This document shows, piece after piece, positions 37,569 to 45,608 of a stretch of DNA of 64,000 bases. A program made the position numbers and the translations under genes. Origin of the DNA: an uncultured virus (IMG/VR IMGVR_UViG_3300027612_000506). Its lineage: Duplodnaviria > Heunggongvirae > Uroviricota > Caudoviricetes. The stretch lies in IMG/VR virus record IMGVR_UViG_3300027612_000506. The stretch is one strand, 5' to 3'. The stretch's first letter is position 1. Each line of letters starts with the position of its first letter. The notes below the pieces were generated by a model that was not told the origin of the DNA, searched no databases, and worked only from the letters and a program-made list of their open reading frames with translations.

Positions 37569-38332
37569 TGTCCACATTTTTATTCGGCGATGATTGGAAA
37601 CTAAATGCGGCGAGAGGTAAACTCCGCAATGCTTTCCATGTACACAAGTTTGGACGAAACACAGCACCGGCAAATGGTGTTGAAGAAACTGTCTGGGACG
37701 GATCTAATCTATATCCATGGTCAACATGGGATGTAGGAGGTGCTGACAATGTGTTTCTTAAATCAGATGCAGAGACTGGAGACGAATCCAAAACAATCTT
37801 CATCCAAGGACTTGATGCTGACTTTAATGTGCAAAGCGAGACTGTAACATTAGATCCTACTGATGCCACTACCGCAGTATCATCTGCAAATACATATGTT
37901 CGTTTGTTTAGAATGTATAACAATGGCAGTACACCTTTTACTGGTGACATAACAGCCCACTATGGTTCCGGTTCGGGCACAGTAGTCGCTAAAGTGTTAG
38001 AGGATCAAGAGCAAACACTCATGGCAGTGTACACTGTTCCTGCAGGGTATACAGCATATCTTATGAAGTATGACTTCTCAGGTAGTGCCAACGCCGCAAT
38101 CGCAAGCAGACTTTTATTCCGTGAGCCAAATGGTGTTTTCCGTATTCAGCACTCTGGTGCAGTATATGGCGGTCAATACGATTATGAATTTCAAATACCG
38201 TTGACTATCCCAGAAAAGACTGACATTGATTTGAGACTTACAGCAAGCACGGGTTCCGCAACATTGGGCGCAAACTTCAACTTGCTTGTAGTCAAAGAGA
38301 ACGCTTTCAATGAGTGGTCTGAGGGCTACTAA
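37568..38332 (+). CDS. Late hypothetical protein, probably virion-associated
   Basis: HKFG...EETVW, QGLD, YTVPAG; beta-rich. Confidence 0.5.
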   Translation: MSTFLFGDDWKLNAARGKLRNAFHVHKFGRNTAPANGVEETVWDGSNLYPWSTWDVGGADNVFLKSDAETGDESKTIFIQGLDADFNVQSETVTLDPTDATTAVSSANTYVRLFRMYNNGSTPFTGDITAHYGSGSGTVVAKVLEDQEQTLMAVYTVPAGYTAYLMKYDFSGSANAAIASRLLFREPNGVFRIQHSGAVYGGQYDYEFQIPLTIPEKTDIDLRLTASTGSATLGANFNLLVVKENAFNEWSEGY

Positions 38333-38450
38333 ACCCCTCAAATTACCCTAAATTACCCCTATATTTACCCTATACAGCACCCTACATACACTAAGTGTGT
38401 CCTAACATACACCTTATATACCCTCCCTTACAGGGCAATCTAGGGCTTTC
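38333..38450. repeat. Non-coding C-rich tract with ACCC(C)T repeats about 11 bp apart
   Basis: Repeats at 38333, 38345, 38355, 38367, 38379 and 38420. Confidence 0.55.
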
Positions 38451-38451
38451 C

Positions 38452-38532
38452 TAACCTATTGATTTTGTTAGGAAAAAGATTTCAAAAAGATTGCAAAAAA
38501 AGGTTGACATTGGACCCAAAAGAGTCCATAAT
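38452..38532 (+). promoter_or_regulatory. IHF site (38452-38464), A-tracts and early promoter TTGACA(38504)-17-CATAAT
   Basis: TAACCTATTGATT; shares AAAAGAGTCCATAAT with 16288 and 18608. Confidence 0.8.
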
Positions 38533-38565
38533 AAGTATATAAAGTGAAGAGTTAGGAGAAAAATT

Positions 38566-38889
38566 ATGAATCTAGAAGCATTAGTAGAAACAATCGTTAA
38601 AGACTACCAGTTTTGGAATGCCCGTTCACCCTATGGTGATGACGACCGTAAGGCAGAGCGTGTCCAAGAGTTTGTTGACCAAATTAAGATTGTTGAAGGT
38701 AGCAAGTACATTAAGGTCATCACTGGAGGCAGTGTTTGGGGTTTTGTTGTTAAGACCGAGAACGATAAGAAGTTCCGTCAAGGTGACATTCTTAAACCCG
38801 CTGGTTGGGCGGCGCCTGCTCGAAACAAACCCCGAGGTAATGTTCTCGATGGAGATTACTCCTGGGTTCGTTGGACCGGTCCTCAATAG
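38566..38889 (+). CDS. Conserved early hypothetical protein of T4-like phages
   Basis: KYIKV, SVWGFV, GDILKPAGWAAPARN.PRGNV. Confidence 0.7.
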   Translation: MNLEALVETIVKDYQFWNARSPYGDDDRKAERVQEFVDQIKIVEGSKYIKVITGGSVWGFVVKTENDKKFRQGDILKPAGWAAPARNKPRGNVLDGDYSWVRWTGPQ

Positions 38890-38903
38890 TTATAGGACCA
38901 AAA

Positions 38904-38945
38904 GTCAACAAAAAGGTTGACAACCGTTTAAATTGGTAGTATTAT
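38904..38945 (+). promoter_or_regulatory. Sigma70 promoter with upstream GTCAA
   Basis: TTGACA 38917, 17 bp, TATTAT 38940. Confidence 0.7.
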
Positions 38946-38978
38946 TGTATTATAAATTAATTAGTGAGGAATATCATT

Positions 38979-39287
38979 ATGACAAATCAAACATTCACCG
39001 TTGCTGGCGTTTCAACTTTACCTTCAGGCCTTGTTAAGGCTCGTTTTGGTAATGACCTTGTAGGGCGTATTAAGAAGTTGAAAGACAACACAAATCACAA
39101 TATGATTGAATTGCCCCAGGCTATGACAAAAGCTGAAGCGGCTACTTTTCTTCTTGAGAAAGAGGAATTTCAATCTGCTGAAAATCGCGATGCTTTAACT
39201 AAGGTCGTATTCCGTAATGTACCGAAACGCAAAAGTGTTTCAGTGCCTAACACCCCCGTCCAACTAAATAGTGAGAAAGTTGACTAA
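38979..39287 (+). CDS. Early hypothetical protein
   Basis: GAGGA RBS; FTVAGVS..KARF.ND, IELPQAMTK. Confidence 0.6.
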   Translation: MTNQTFTVAGVSTLPSGLVKARFGNDLVGRIKKLKDNTNHNMIELPQAMTKAEAATFLLEKEEFQSAENRDALTKVVFRNVPKRKSVSVPNTPVQLNSEKVD

Positions 39288-39454
39288 TGAGTAACGAGTC
39301 TGAAAACTTTGCTGTCTGGAAGCTGAAGCCAAACTTTGATGCGGCTATCATTTCTGAAACCGACATTGTGTATTATAAAAATAAATACAATGTCCCCCAA
39401 GATGCGGCTATCGTCATTCTAAAGAGTGACGGCACTGTACGAGACATCGTATAA
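39287..39454 (+). CDS. Hypothetical protein (55 aa, not in the ORF track)
   Basis: TAATG coupling to the upstream gene. Confidence 0.45.
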   Translation: MSNESENFAVWKLKPNFDAAIISETDIVYYKNKYNVPQDAAIVILKSDGTVRDIV

Positions 39455-39460
39455 GTTTGA

Positions 39461-39537
39461 GGTCCCTTAGCTCAGCTGGATAGAGCAACAGCCTTCTAAG
39501 CTGTGGGTCCCAGGTTCGAATCCTGGAGGGATCGCCA
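39461..39537 (+). tRNA. tRNA-Arg(TCT)
   Basis: Cloverleaf, ACAGC-CTTCTAA-GCTGT anticodon arm, GTTCGAATC, CCA end. Confidence 0.95.
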
Positions 39538-39541
39538 ATAT

Positions 39542-39617
39542 GCTCCAGTAGCTCAGTTGGCAGAGCAGGGGTTTTGTAAACCTCAGGTCGGCGGTTCGAA
39601 TCCGTCCTGGAGCTCCA
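39542..39617 (+). tRNA. tRNA-Thr(TGT)
   Basis: GCTCCAG/CTGGAGC acceptor stem, TTTGTAA loop, CCA end. Confidence 0.95.
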
Positions 39618-39632
39618 TATGAGAGAGGTGTT

Positions 39633-39809
39633 ATGGAAAAGTATCGAATAGTTTATCGTCATTGGAAGAAGCCCGATGTTCTGCTTGAAGTTACAGGGGT
39701 TGAACTTCCAATGAATCCTAAGAGTGACCGCATTGTCATAAAGCAGGATGATGGTAAGCATGAGGATATTATCCGTAGCACTATTGTAAGTAAAGAGATT
39801 GTGCTATAG
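39633..39809 (+). CDS. Hypothetical protein (58 aa) between tRNAs
   Basis: GAGGTG RBS; its stop overlaps the tRNA-Trp 5' end. Confidence 0.55.
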   Translation: MEKYRIVYRHWKKPDVLLEVTGVELPMNPKSDRIVIKQDDGKHEDIIRSTIVSKEIVL

Positions 39810-39881
39810 GGGAGAAGTGTTACGGTAGCACGGCTGGCTCCAACCCAGTAAGACGAGGTTCAATTCCTTGCTCCCTTGCCA
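39808..39881 (+). tRNA. tRNA-Trp(CCA)
   Basis: AGGGGAG/CTCCCTT acceptor stem, CTCCAAC loop, GTTCAATTC, CCA end. Confidence 0.9.
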
Positions 39882-39900
39882 ATTATTAAGGAGATATATT

Positions 39901-40062
39901 ATGTATTTTTGTATCTGGGAAATTTTTGTAAACGGCATCAGTAAAGGATGTGTTAGAGCATTGACTGAAAATGATGCTCGTAATCAGTATTACATGAAGT
40001 ATGGCGGCGCAAGTCGTTACTCAGGTATCGGAATGAATAATATAAAAGCAGTTAAAGTTTGA
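39901..40062 (+). CDS. Hypothetical protein
   Basis: AAGGAG RBS. Confidence 0.55.
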   Translation: MYFCIWEIFVNGISKGCVRALTENDARNQYYMKYGGASRYSGIGMNNIKAVKV

Positions 40063-40139
40063 CGGGGCTTGGCGCAGTCTGGTAGCGCACCTGGTTTGGG
40101 ACCAGGGGGTCATAAGTTCGAATCTTATAGCCCCGACCA
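40063..40139 (+). tRNA. tRNA-Pro(TGG)
   Basis: CGGGGCT/AGCCCCG acceptor stem, CCTGG-TTTGGGA-CCAGG, CCA end. Confidence 0.95.
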
Positions 40140-40157
40140 ATTAACAAAAGGTTTGTT

Positions 40158-40898
40158 ATGAGTAATGCAATTGTAGGTTATGGTTTTGTAGGTAAAGCTA
40201 CAGAATATCTTTTTAGAGACAGTGAATTTGTAATACATGACCCCGCACAGGACATGGTTATTGCTGACTGGTCAGATGTAGAGCTTGCATTTTTATGTGT
40301 ACCTACACCCCTAAAAGATGGTTCATTGGACCTTACAATTTTATCTGAGGTATATGATGCATTACCTGAGCATGTCATTCCTGTTATTCGCAGTACAATT
40401 GGACCTGACCAAGTAGAGTTATTTCCTCGGGCTATATTCATGCCTGAGTTTTTACGAGAGAATAATTGGAAAGAAGATGTTGATGATGTAAATATTCCTA
40501 TCATTCTCGGTGCATCCCAAGTTCCTAGAGAACACAGAGTCAAACTTTTAAAACTAATTTCATCTACAATGAAGTTTTTACAGGTTGTCTCAGGTAAAGA
40601 GGCAATGATGTTTAAGATGGCTCGTAACACAGCACTTGCCATGACCGTTGCCCTTGCTAATGAATTATATCAGATATGTCTTGCAGAAGAAATGAGTTAC
40701 CCCACTCTTATGGGTATGCTCACTGACGATGAGGTATTAGCATCTTCACATTGGCAAGTTCCAGGTCCAGATGGAGACTTGGGATTCGGCGGTAAATGTT
40801 TGCCCAAGGATATGACACACATGTCTAATTTATCTGATGCAGAATTTAATATTATGAAGACTGCTCTACTTGCAAATGCCCAACGCCGCCCTATATAA
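40158..40898 (+). CDS. UDP-glucose/GDP-mannose dehydrogenase family (short form)
   Basis: VGYGFVG, CVPTP, RST, PEFLRE, GFGGKCLPKD. Confidence 0.85.
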   Translation: MSNAIVGYGFVGKATEYLFRDSEFVIHDPAQDMVIADWSDVELAFLCVPTPLKDGSLDLTILSEVYDALPEHVIPVIRSTIGPDQVELFPRAIFMPEFLRENNWKEDVDDVNIPIILGASQVPREHRVKLLKLISSTMKFLQVVSGKEAMMFKMARNTALAMTVALANELYQICLAEEMSYPTLMGMLTDDEVLASSHWQVPGPDGDLGFGGKCLPKDMTHMSNLSDAEFNIMKTALLANAQRRPI

Positions 40899-40901
40899 AT
40901 A
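40894..40901 (+). promoter_or_regulatory. Late promoter TATAAATA
   Basis: Exact motif. Confidence 0.65.
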
Positions 40902-40924
40902 TAATGAATTAACAGGAGGGCGTA

Positions 40925-41245
40925 ATGCCTATTTACAGTATACGCAATAATGATACAGATGAGGTGTGGGAGGAAATGATGTCCTGGACTTCATTACAGG
41001 AGTACTTAGCCGCAAATCCTAACTACGAAAGTATTATCACTAAAGCACCCGGGCTTGTTAGTGCAACAGGTGACCGTACAAAGGTTGATGGAGGCTTTAA
41101 GGAATTGCTGGGTCGTATTGCAGATCAAAATCCTACCTCTGCACTTGCTGACGATTACGGTAGAAAAGATGCTAAATCTGTTGCTGTTCGAGACACAGTT
41201 AAGAAAGTTAAAAAGCGATTGGGTGATATTTCCAGTACGGAATAA
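40925..41245 (+). CDS. Conserved T4-like hypothetical protein (FmdB-like N-terminus without Cys)
   Basis: MPIYS...EYLAANP...DGGFKELL. Confidence 0.6.
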   Translation: MPIYSIRNNDTDEVWEEMMSWTSLQEYLAANPNYESIITKAPGLVSATGDRTKVDGGFKELLGRIADQNPTSALADDYGRKDAKSVAVRDTVKKVKKRLGDISSTE

Positions 41246-41250
41246 GAATA

Positions 41251-41295
41251 GGGTGGCGCCTTAATACGCCCGCGGCAGGTCACGGTTAATCTGCC
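41251..41295 (+). ncRNA. Candidate two-hairpin structured RNA or terminator
   Basis: GGCG-CCTTAATA-CGCC and GGCAGGT-CACGGTTA-ATCTGCC, then U-rich. Confidence 0.4.
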
Positions 41296-41329
41296 ATTTA
41301 TTATTTTAGGATGTAAAAGGAGTTACATT

Positions 41330-41527
41330 ATGGATCCTATTCAAGTATTAGTAGAAACAATTGTGCATGGTTATGCGGTAATTATTGCGTTTATGGCTGG
41401 GTGGGCTTTACCTCGAGGCAATACTCTGCGTAACATTCAATTGGCTATTTTAAGAAAGATGCACAACTTCCTCGCTTGGGAAGATGAGCGTATTCAGGAA
41501 CGAATTAATAAACTGAAAGGCAAATAG
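41330..41527 (+). CDS. Small membrane protein
   Basis: AAGGAG RBS; one hydrophobic helix. Confidence 0.55.
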   Translation: MDPIQVLVETIVHGYAVIIAFMAGWALPRGNTLRNIQLAILRKMHNFLAWEDERIQERINKLKGK

Positions 41528-41534
41528 GCGACCT

Positions 41535-41738
41535 ATGAAACTTAGAGAAAAGATAACCCTACGCATGGATGACTTGCAGAACGCAATGGAAAGCAATCGT
41601 CATCTACATTATCCTGAAAAGGTATTAGAGTCTGTTTATCAAATCTCTAAGTTTTGGCCTGTTCTTTCTGAAGAAGATAGAGACTATCTACAAGTGGCTC
41701 AAGACGCAATTGAGAATGAAACAGAGTGGCAAGTATGA
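41535..41738 (+). CDS. Hypothetical protein
   Basis: SKFW..LSEEDRDY motif. Confidence 0.55.
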   Translation: MKLREKITLRMDDLQNAMESNRHLHYPEKVLESVYQISKFWPVLSEEDRDYLQVAQDAIENETEWQV

Positions 41739-41754
41739 TAAGAATTATTATTAA

Positions 41755-42636
41755 ATGACGCATAAAATCATTGATGTTAATATTGACGAATTATCACCTG
41801 AAATTTGTCAATCTATTTTTGAAGAACTAAAACGAGAACTAATTGTCGTTATTAAACGGCAAAATATAGATCCTGCAAAGTTCTCTAGACTTGTTTACAG
41901 TATGTCCCATATTGCTAACTGGAAACAATTAACATGGGACGCCAACGGCAATGTTGTTGGTAGCCCCGAAACATATCCCAATCCTTGGGAGCAATCAAAC
42001 TTCCCCGTACAACGAGTTACAGGCGAAAAGAAAGATGATGAATACACTGGTATTTTTCCTGTAGGCAAACTTGACTGGCACTCCAATTTAAATGGTCCTA
42101 ATAGAGCAGATGGGGTTGCCCTTCAAGGTATTCGGGGTGTTGAGGGTACTGTTACATCATGGGTAAATACTGCTCTTGCTCTAAAAGAAATGCCAAGTGA
42201 ATTGCGTAGCCGAATAGAAAACAAATATTGTTCCTACTATTATAATATGGAAAACTGGGCTGATATTGAAAACAAAAACCAGTTAGAGTTTATGCGGAAA
42301 AATCAGGAATCCTACTACATGTACATTCTACAAAAAAATGTAGCGGGTACTGAAGGTATGTATTTCTACATAAATAATGATTTGAAAGTGTGTGAAGCAG
42401 ATGAGGATTTATTTTCAAAACTTCAAGAACACCTCTTCCAAGAAAAATACATTTATCACCATGAGTGGGAAGTGGGTGATATTGTATTAAGTGACCAATT
42501 ATTGACACTGCACAAACGACAACTCAGAAGTGATGCGGTGTTTGAGAAAAGATTATTGCATAGATTAACCTTCCCTATCAGCAATGCAGATAATCCTAAC
42601 TTTATTGTGGAGGCTAATAACATTGGAAAAGTTTGA
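41755..42636 (+). CDS. TauD/TfdA-family dioxygenase
   Basis: LDWHSN, HEWEVGDIVLSDQ..TLHKR, RLLHR. Confidence 0.8.
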   Translation: MTHKIIDVNIDELSPEICQSIFEELKRELIVVIKRQNIDPAKFSRLVYSMSHIANWKQLTWDANGNVVGSPETYPNPWEQSNFPVQRVTGEKKDDEYTGIFPVGKLDWHSNLNGPNRADGVALQGIRGVEGTVTSWVNTALALKEMPSELRSRIENKYCSYYYNMENWADIENKNQLEFMRKNQESYYMYILQKNVAGTEGMYFYINNDLKVCEADEDLFSKLQEHLFQEKYIYHHEWEVGDIVLSDQLLTLHKRQLRSDAVFEKRLLHRLTFPISNADNPNFIVEANNIGKV

Positions 42637-42937
42637 TAAAGATGTACTAACACAATTATCATTGATTGAGCAAAAGAAACAGTGGATGCAGATGCATCAA
42701 AAAGTACAAATGGACTATGTGTTTCTTACAGGCAATGCTCATGCTGAAAGTACACTTCTCAACAAAACCATCGTAGAATTGCGTGAAGAGATTGCATCTC
42801 AAACTGCTACCATTGAAGAAATGGCTAAAGAGCAGATGGAGCTCTATATTAAAGTAAAGCATCTTACACTGGAACTTGAGAATATTAAAAAGCATGATAA
42901 GCCTGCACCTAAAAAGAGGAAAAAAACTAATGGATAA
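42623..42937 (+). CDS. Coiled-coil hypothetical protein
   Basis: GGAGG RBS before a TTG start. Confidence 0.5.
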   Translation: MEKFDKDVLTQLSLIEQKKQWMQMHQKVQMDYVFLTGNAHAESTLLNKTIVELREEIASQTATIEEMAKEQMELYIKVKHLTLELENIKKHDKPAPKKRKKTNG

Positions 42938-43070
42938 TCTATTACACTATAGACTTTCAAATGTGATTACTGCTATGAATAATGCAAAAAATCCAGAGTT
43001 TAAAGCATATTGGCAGGGTGTATATGATGCGCTTATTAAGCAGGCTAATGAAGTAAAACAAGTTCACTAA
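42930..43070 (+). CDS. Hypothetical protein
   Basis: GAGG RBS; AKNPEFKAYW. Confidence 0.5.
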   Translation: MDNLLHYRLSNVITAMNNAKNPEFKAYWQGVYDALIKQANEVKQVH

Positions 43071-43073
43071 TCT

Positions 43074-43081
43074 TATAAATA
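43074..43081 (+). promoter_or_regulatory. Late promoter TATAAATA, 5 nt before the ATG
   Basis: Exact motif; same TATAAATAGTCGTAT context as at 718. Confidence 0.75.
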
Positions 43082-43086
43082 GTCGT

Positions 43087-44340
43087 ATGAAAAGATTATC
43101 GACATATTTAACAGAAGATAAGCAGGGTAAGAACCTACACTTGGAACACATTGAGGATGATATTCTCAACTTTGGTGTTGTAGGTGCTAGAGCCGCTATT
43201 AACTTCCTTCAATCCTTGCGAGATATGCTCGCAGGCAGTTCTCGTTCTTCAGTCAACATGACCGTTAAATGGGATGGCGCACCCGCAATATTCGCAGGTA
43301 TTGATCCTGCAGATGGTAGATTCTTTGTTGCAAAGAAATCCGTATTTAATAAAGAGCCTTTGTTGTATAAGACACAGGCTGAAATTAATGCAGACCCTAA
43401 ACTACCCGCTTCACTAAAGCCTAAGTTTAGTATTGCATTAGCCGAGTTTAGCAAACTTGGTATTAAAGGTGTTCTTCAAGGCGACCTTATGTTTACAAAG
43501 GCTGACTTGAAAACAGAAACGATAGATGGACAGAAACACACAACTTTCCAACCTAATACTATAGTCTATGCAGTCCCTGTAGGCTCGCCTCTGGACACTA
43601 AGTTTAAACAAGCAAAGATAGGTGTTGTTTGGCATACATCGTATTCTGGGAACTCGCTGACAGATATGAAGGCGTCTTTTGGTGCAAACATCAGTTCATT
43701 GAGACAAGGTTCGTCAATATGGATGGATGATGCTACATACAAAGATACATCTGGTTCAGCGACATTTACACAAGCAGAAACCGCGGCAGTAACCTCACTG
43801 CTTTCACAGGCTGGTACACAGTTTAGAAAGATTGGGTCTGCCCACTTAAATACTTTTAACGCATTACAGGATTCCTTTACTGGAAAGATGGTAGGCGCAA
43901 GTCTCAAAACTTATAATAATAGCAAAGTTCGTGAAGGACAAAAAGTAACAAATCCTAAGGCTCACGCTTCCGGTTATTATAACTGGGTAGAAAGTAAGTT
44001 TAAAATTGAGATTGAAAAGTTAAAAAGTGAAAAGGCAAAGTCTGCTTTAGAAATAAAAATGCAGGAAACACTTAAAGAAGTAAAGCGGCACCAACAACTA
44101 CTGGAAGATATTACTAAGTTCCAGGGTCTAATTGTCGATGCTAAGATGTTAATTGTTAAGAAGCTAGATACAGTAAAACAATTAACAGGCACTTTTATTA
44201 AGACTGCAAACGGATTTAAAGTAACAGCACCTGAAGGGTATGTTGCTATTGATAGAATTAGCGGCGGCGCCGTAAAACTTGTAGATAGAATGGAGTTTAG
44301 TTATAATAACTTTACTGCCATTAAGGCATGGGATAAATGA
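43087..44340 (+). CDS. Conserved T4-like protein with ligase-type nucleotidyltransferase motifs
   Basis: TVKWDGAP (KxDG), QGDLMF, PEGYV, VKLVDR. Confidence 0.6.
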   Translation: MKRLSTYLTEDKQGKNLHLEHIEDDILNFGVVGARAAINFLQSLRDMLAGSSRSSVNMTVKWDGAPAIFAGIDPADGRFFVAKKSVFNKEPLLYKTQAEINADPKLPASLKPKFSIALAEFSKLGIKGVLQGDLMFTKADLKTETIDGQKHTTFQPNTIVYAVPVGSPLDTKFKQAKIGVVWHTSYSGNSLTDMKASFGANISSLRQGSSIWMDDATYKDTSGSATFTQAETAAVTSLLSQAGTQFRKIGSAHLNTFNALQDSFTGKMVGASLKTYNNSKVREGQKVTNPKAHASGYYNWVESKFKIEIEKLKSEKAKSALEIKMQETLKEVKRHQQLLEDITKFQGLIVDAKMLIVKKLDTVKQLTGTFIKTANGFKVTAPEGYVAIDRISGGAVKLVDRMEFSYNNFTAIKAWDK

Positions 44341-44927
44341 GTAAAACAATTGTATTTGCATTTGGTCGCATGAACCCGCCGACTAATGGACACGGTAAAC
44401 TTGTAACTAAAGTTAAGCGTATGGCGCAGACTAATGGTGCGGATCATCTGATTGTCGCCAGCCACAGTTATGACAAAAACAAAAATCCTTTAGAGCCTAA
44501 GAAAAAACTAATGCATCTAAAGGCAATGTTTCCCAACACAAATTTTAAATTGTCCGATACCACAAACCCTAACTTTATCAAGCAACTTGGTTTACTTACA
44601 GGTAAGTATGATAATGTTATTTTTATTGCTGGTTCGGATAGAGTATCTGAGTTTCAGAAGTTACTTGACAAGTATAATGGCAAGGACTTCACATTTAAAT
44701 CTGCAAAAGTAGTATCCGCCGGCGAGCGAGATCCTGATGCAGACGGTGTTACTGGTATTAGTGCCAGTAAAATGCGGTTGTTCGCAAAGAATAATGACTT
44801 CAAGTCATTTAAGAGAGGACTACCTACAGGATACCGCGGCGCACAAAAACTATTTGACGATGTCCGTGACGGCATGCAACTGAAAGAAGGCATCTTCCAT
44901 TCCTTCTCACAATTTATTAGAGGATAA
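44337..44927 (+). CDS. HxGH nucleotidyltransferase (cytidylyl-/NMN-adenylyltransferase-like)
   Basis: FGRMNPPTNGH, GSDR, ISASKMR. Confidence 0.8.
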   Translation: MSKTIVFAFGRMNPPTNGHGKLVTKVKRMAQTNGADHLIVASHSYDKNKNPLEPKKKLMHLKAMFPNTNFKLSDTTNPNFIKQLGLLTGKYDNVIFIAGSDRVSEFQKLLDKYNGKDFTFKSAKVVSAGERDPDADGVTGISASKMRLFAKNNDFKSFKRGLPTGYRGAQKLFDDVRDGMQLKEGIFHSFSQFIRG

Positions 44928-44928
44928 A

Positions 44929-45393
44929 ATGCAACTTAGCAAGAACTTTACACTACAAGAATTCACCAAATCACAAACTGCATTGCGTATGGATATTGAT
45001 AATACGCCTGAGGGAGAACATCTCGAAGCCGCGAAGGTATTGTTTGAAAAAGTAGTACAACCTATTAGGGAACACTTTGGTCCTACTGTATTGAACAGTG
45101 GATATAGAGGTCCTAAGTTAAATGAAGCTGTTGGTGGTTCTGCAAAATCACAACATTGCAAAGGGCAAGCGGTTGATTTGGAAGTTCCCGGTGTTGCTAA
45201 TGCAGATATCGCACAGTGGATTGTCGATAACTTAGACTTTGACCAAGTCATCTTAGAATTTTACACTCCTGGCATTCCTGATAGTGGCTGGGTGCATGTA
45301 TCATATAATCCCGATGGGGAACAACGCAAGTCTATTCTTACTGCAATGAAAGAGAATGGTAAGACTGTATATAAAACAGGCATTATTGCGTAA
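44929..45393 (+). CDS. Peptidase M15A (putative endolysin)
   Basis: SGYR, SQHCKGQAVD, WVHVS. Confidence 0.85.
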   Translation: MQLSKNFTLQEFTKSQTALRMDIDNTPEGEHLEAAKVLFEKVVQPIREHFGPTVLNSGYRGPKLNEAVGGSAKSQHCKGQAVDLEVPGVANADIAQWIVDNLDFDQVILEFYTPGIPDSGWVHVSYNPDGEQRKSILTAMKENGKTVYKTGIIA

Positions 45394-45608
45394 TGGAATT
45401 GCGTAGTATAGTTATGAGAGCAAGGCGTTATAGAGATATGCGAGGAATTTGCAATAAATTAATGCCTTTAGTGAACAGGAAGACTCCATTGACCTTTGAT
45501 GAACGAAATACTCTTATAAATATAAGAGGTGTATATAGAACATTGGTGTCCCATAAAAATAGGGGCTTGGTTGACGCAATTATAGACGGACTATTAAGTA
45601 AAAAATAA
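45393..45608 (+). CDS. Hypothetical protein
   Basis: TAATG coupling on both sides; contains late promoter 45515-45522. Confidence 0.4.
   Translation: MELRSIVMRARRYRDMRGICNKLMPLVNRKTPLTFDERNTLINIRGVYRTLVSHKNRGLVDAIIDGLLSKK

Noticed and set aside
38333..38450. CRISPR array or mini-array
   Set aside because: The repeats are only 5-10 nt with no spacer structure, and there are no cas genes.
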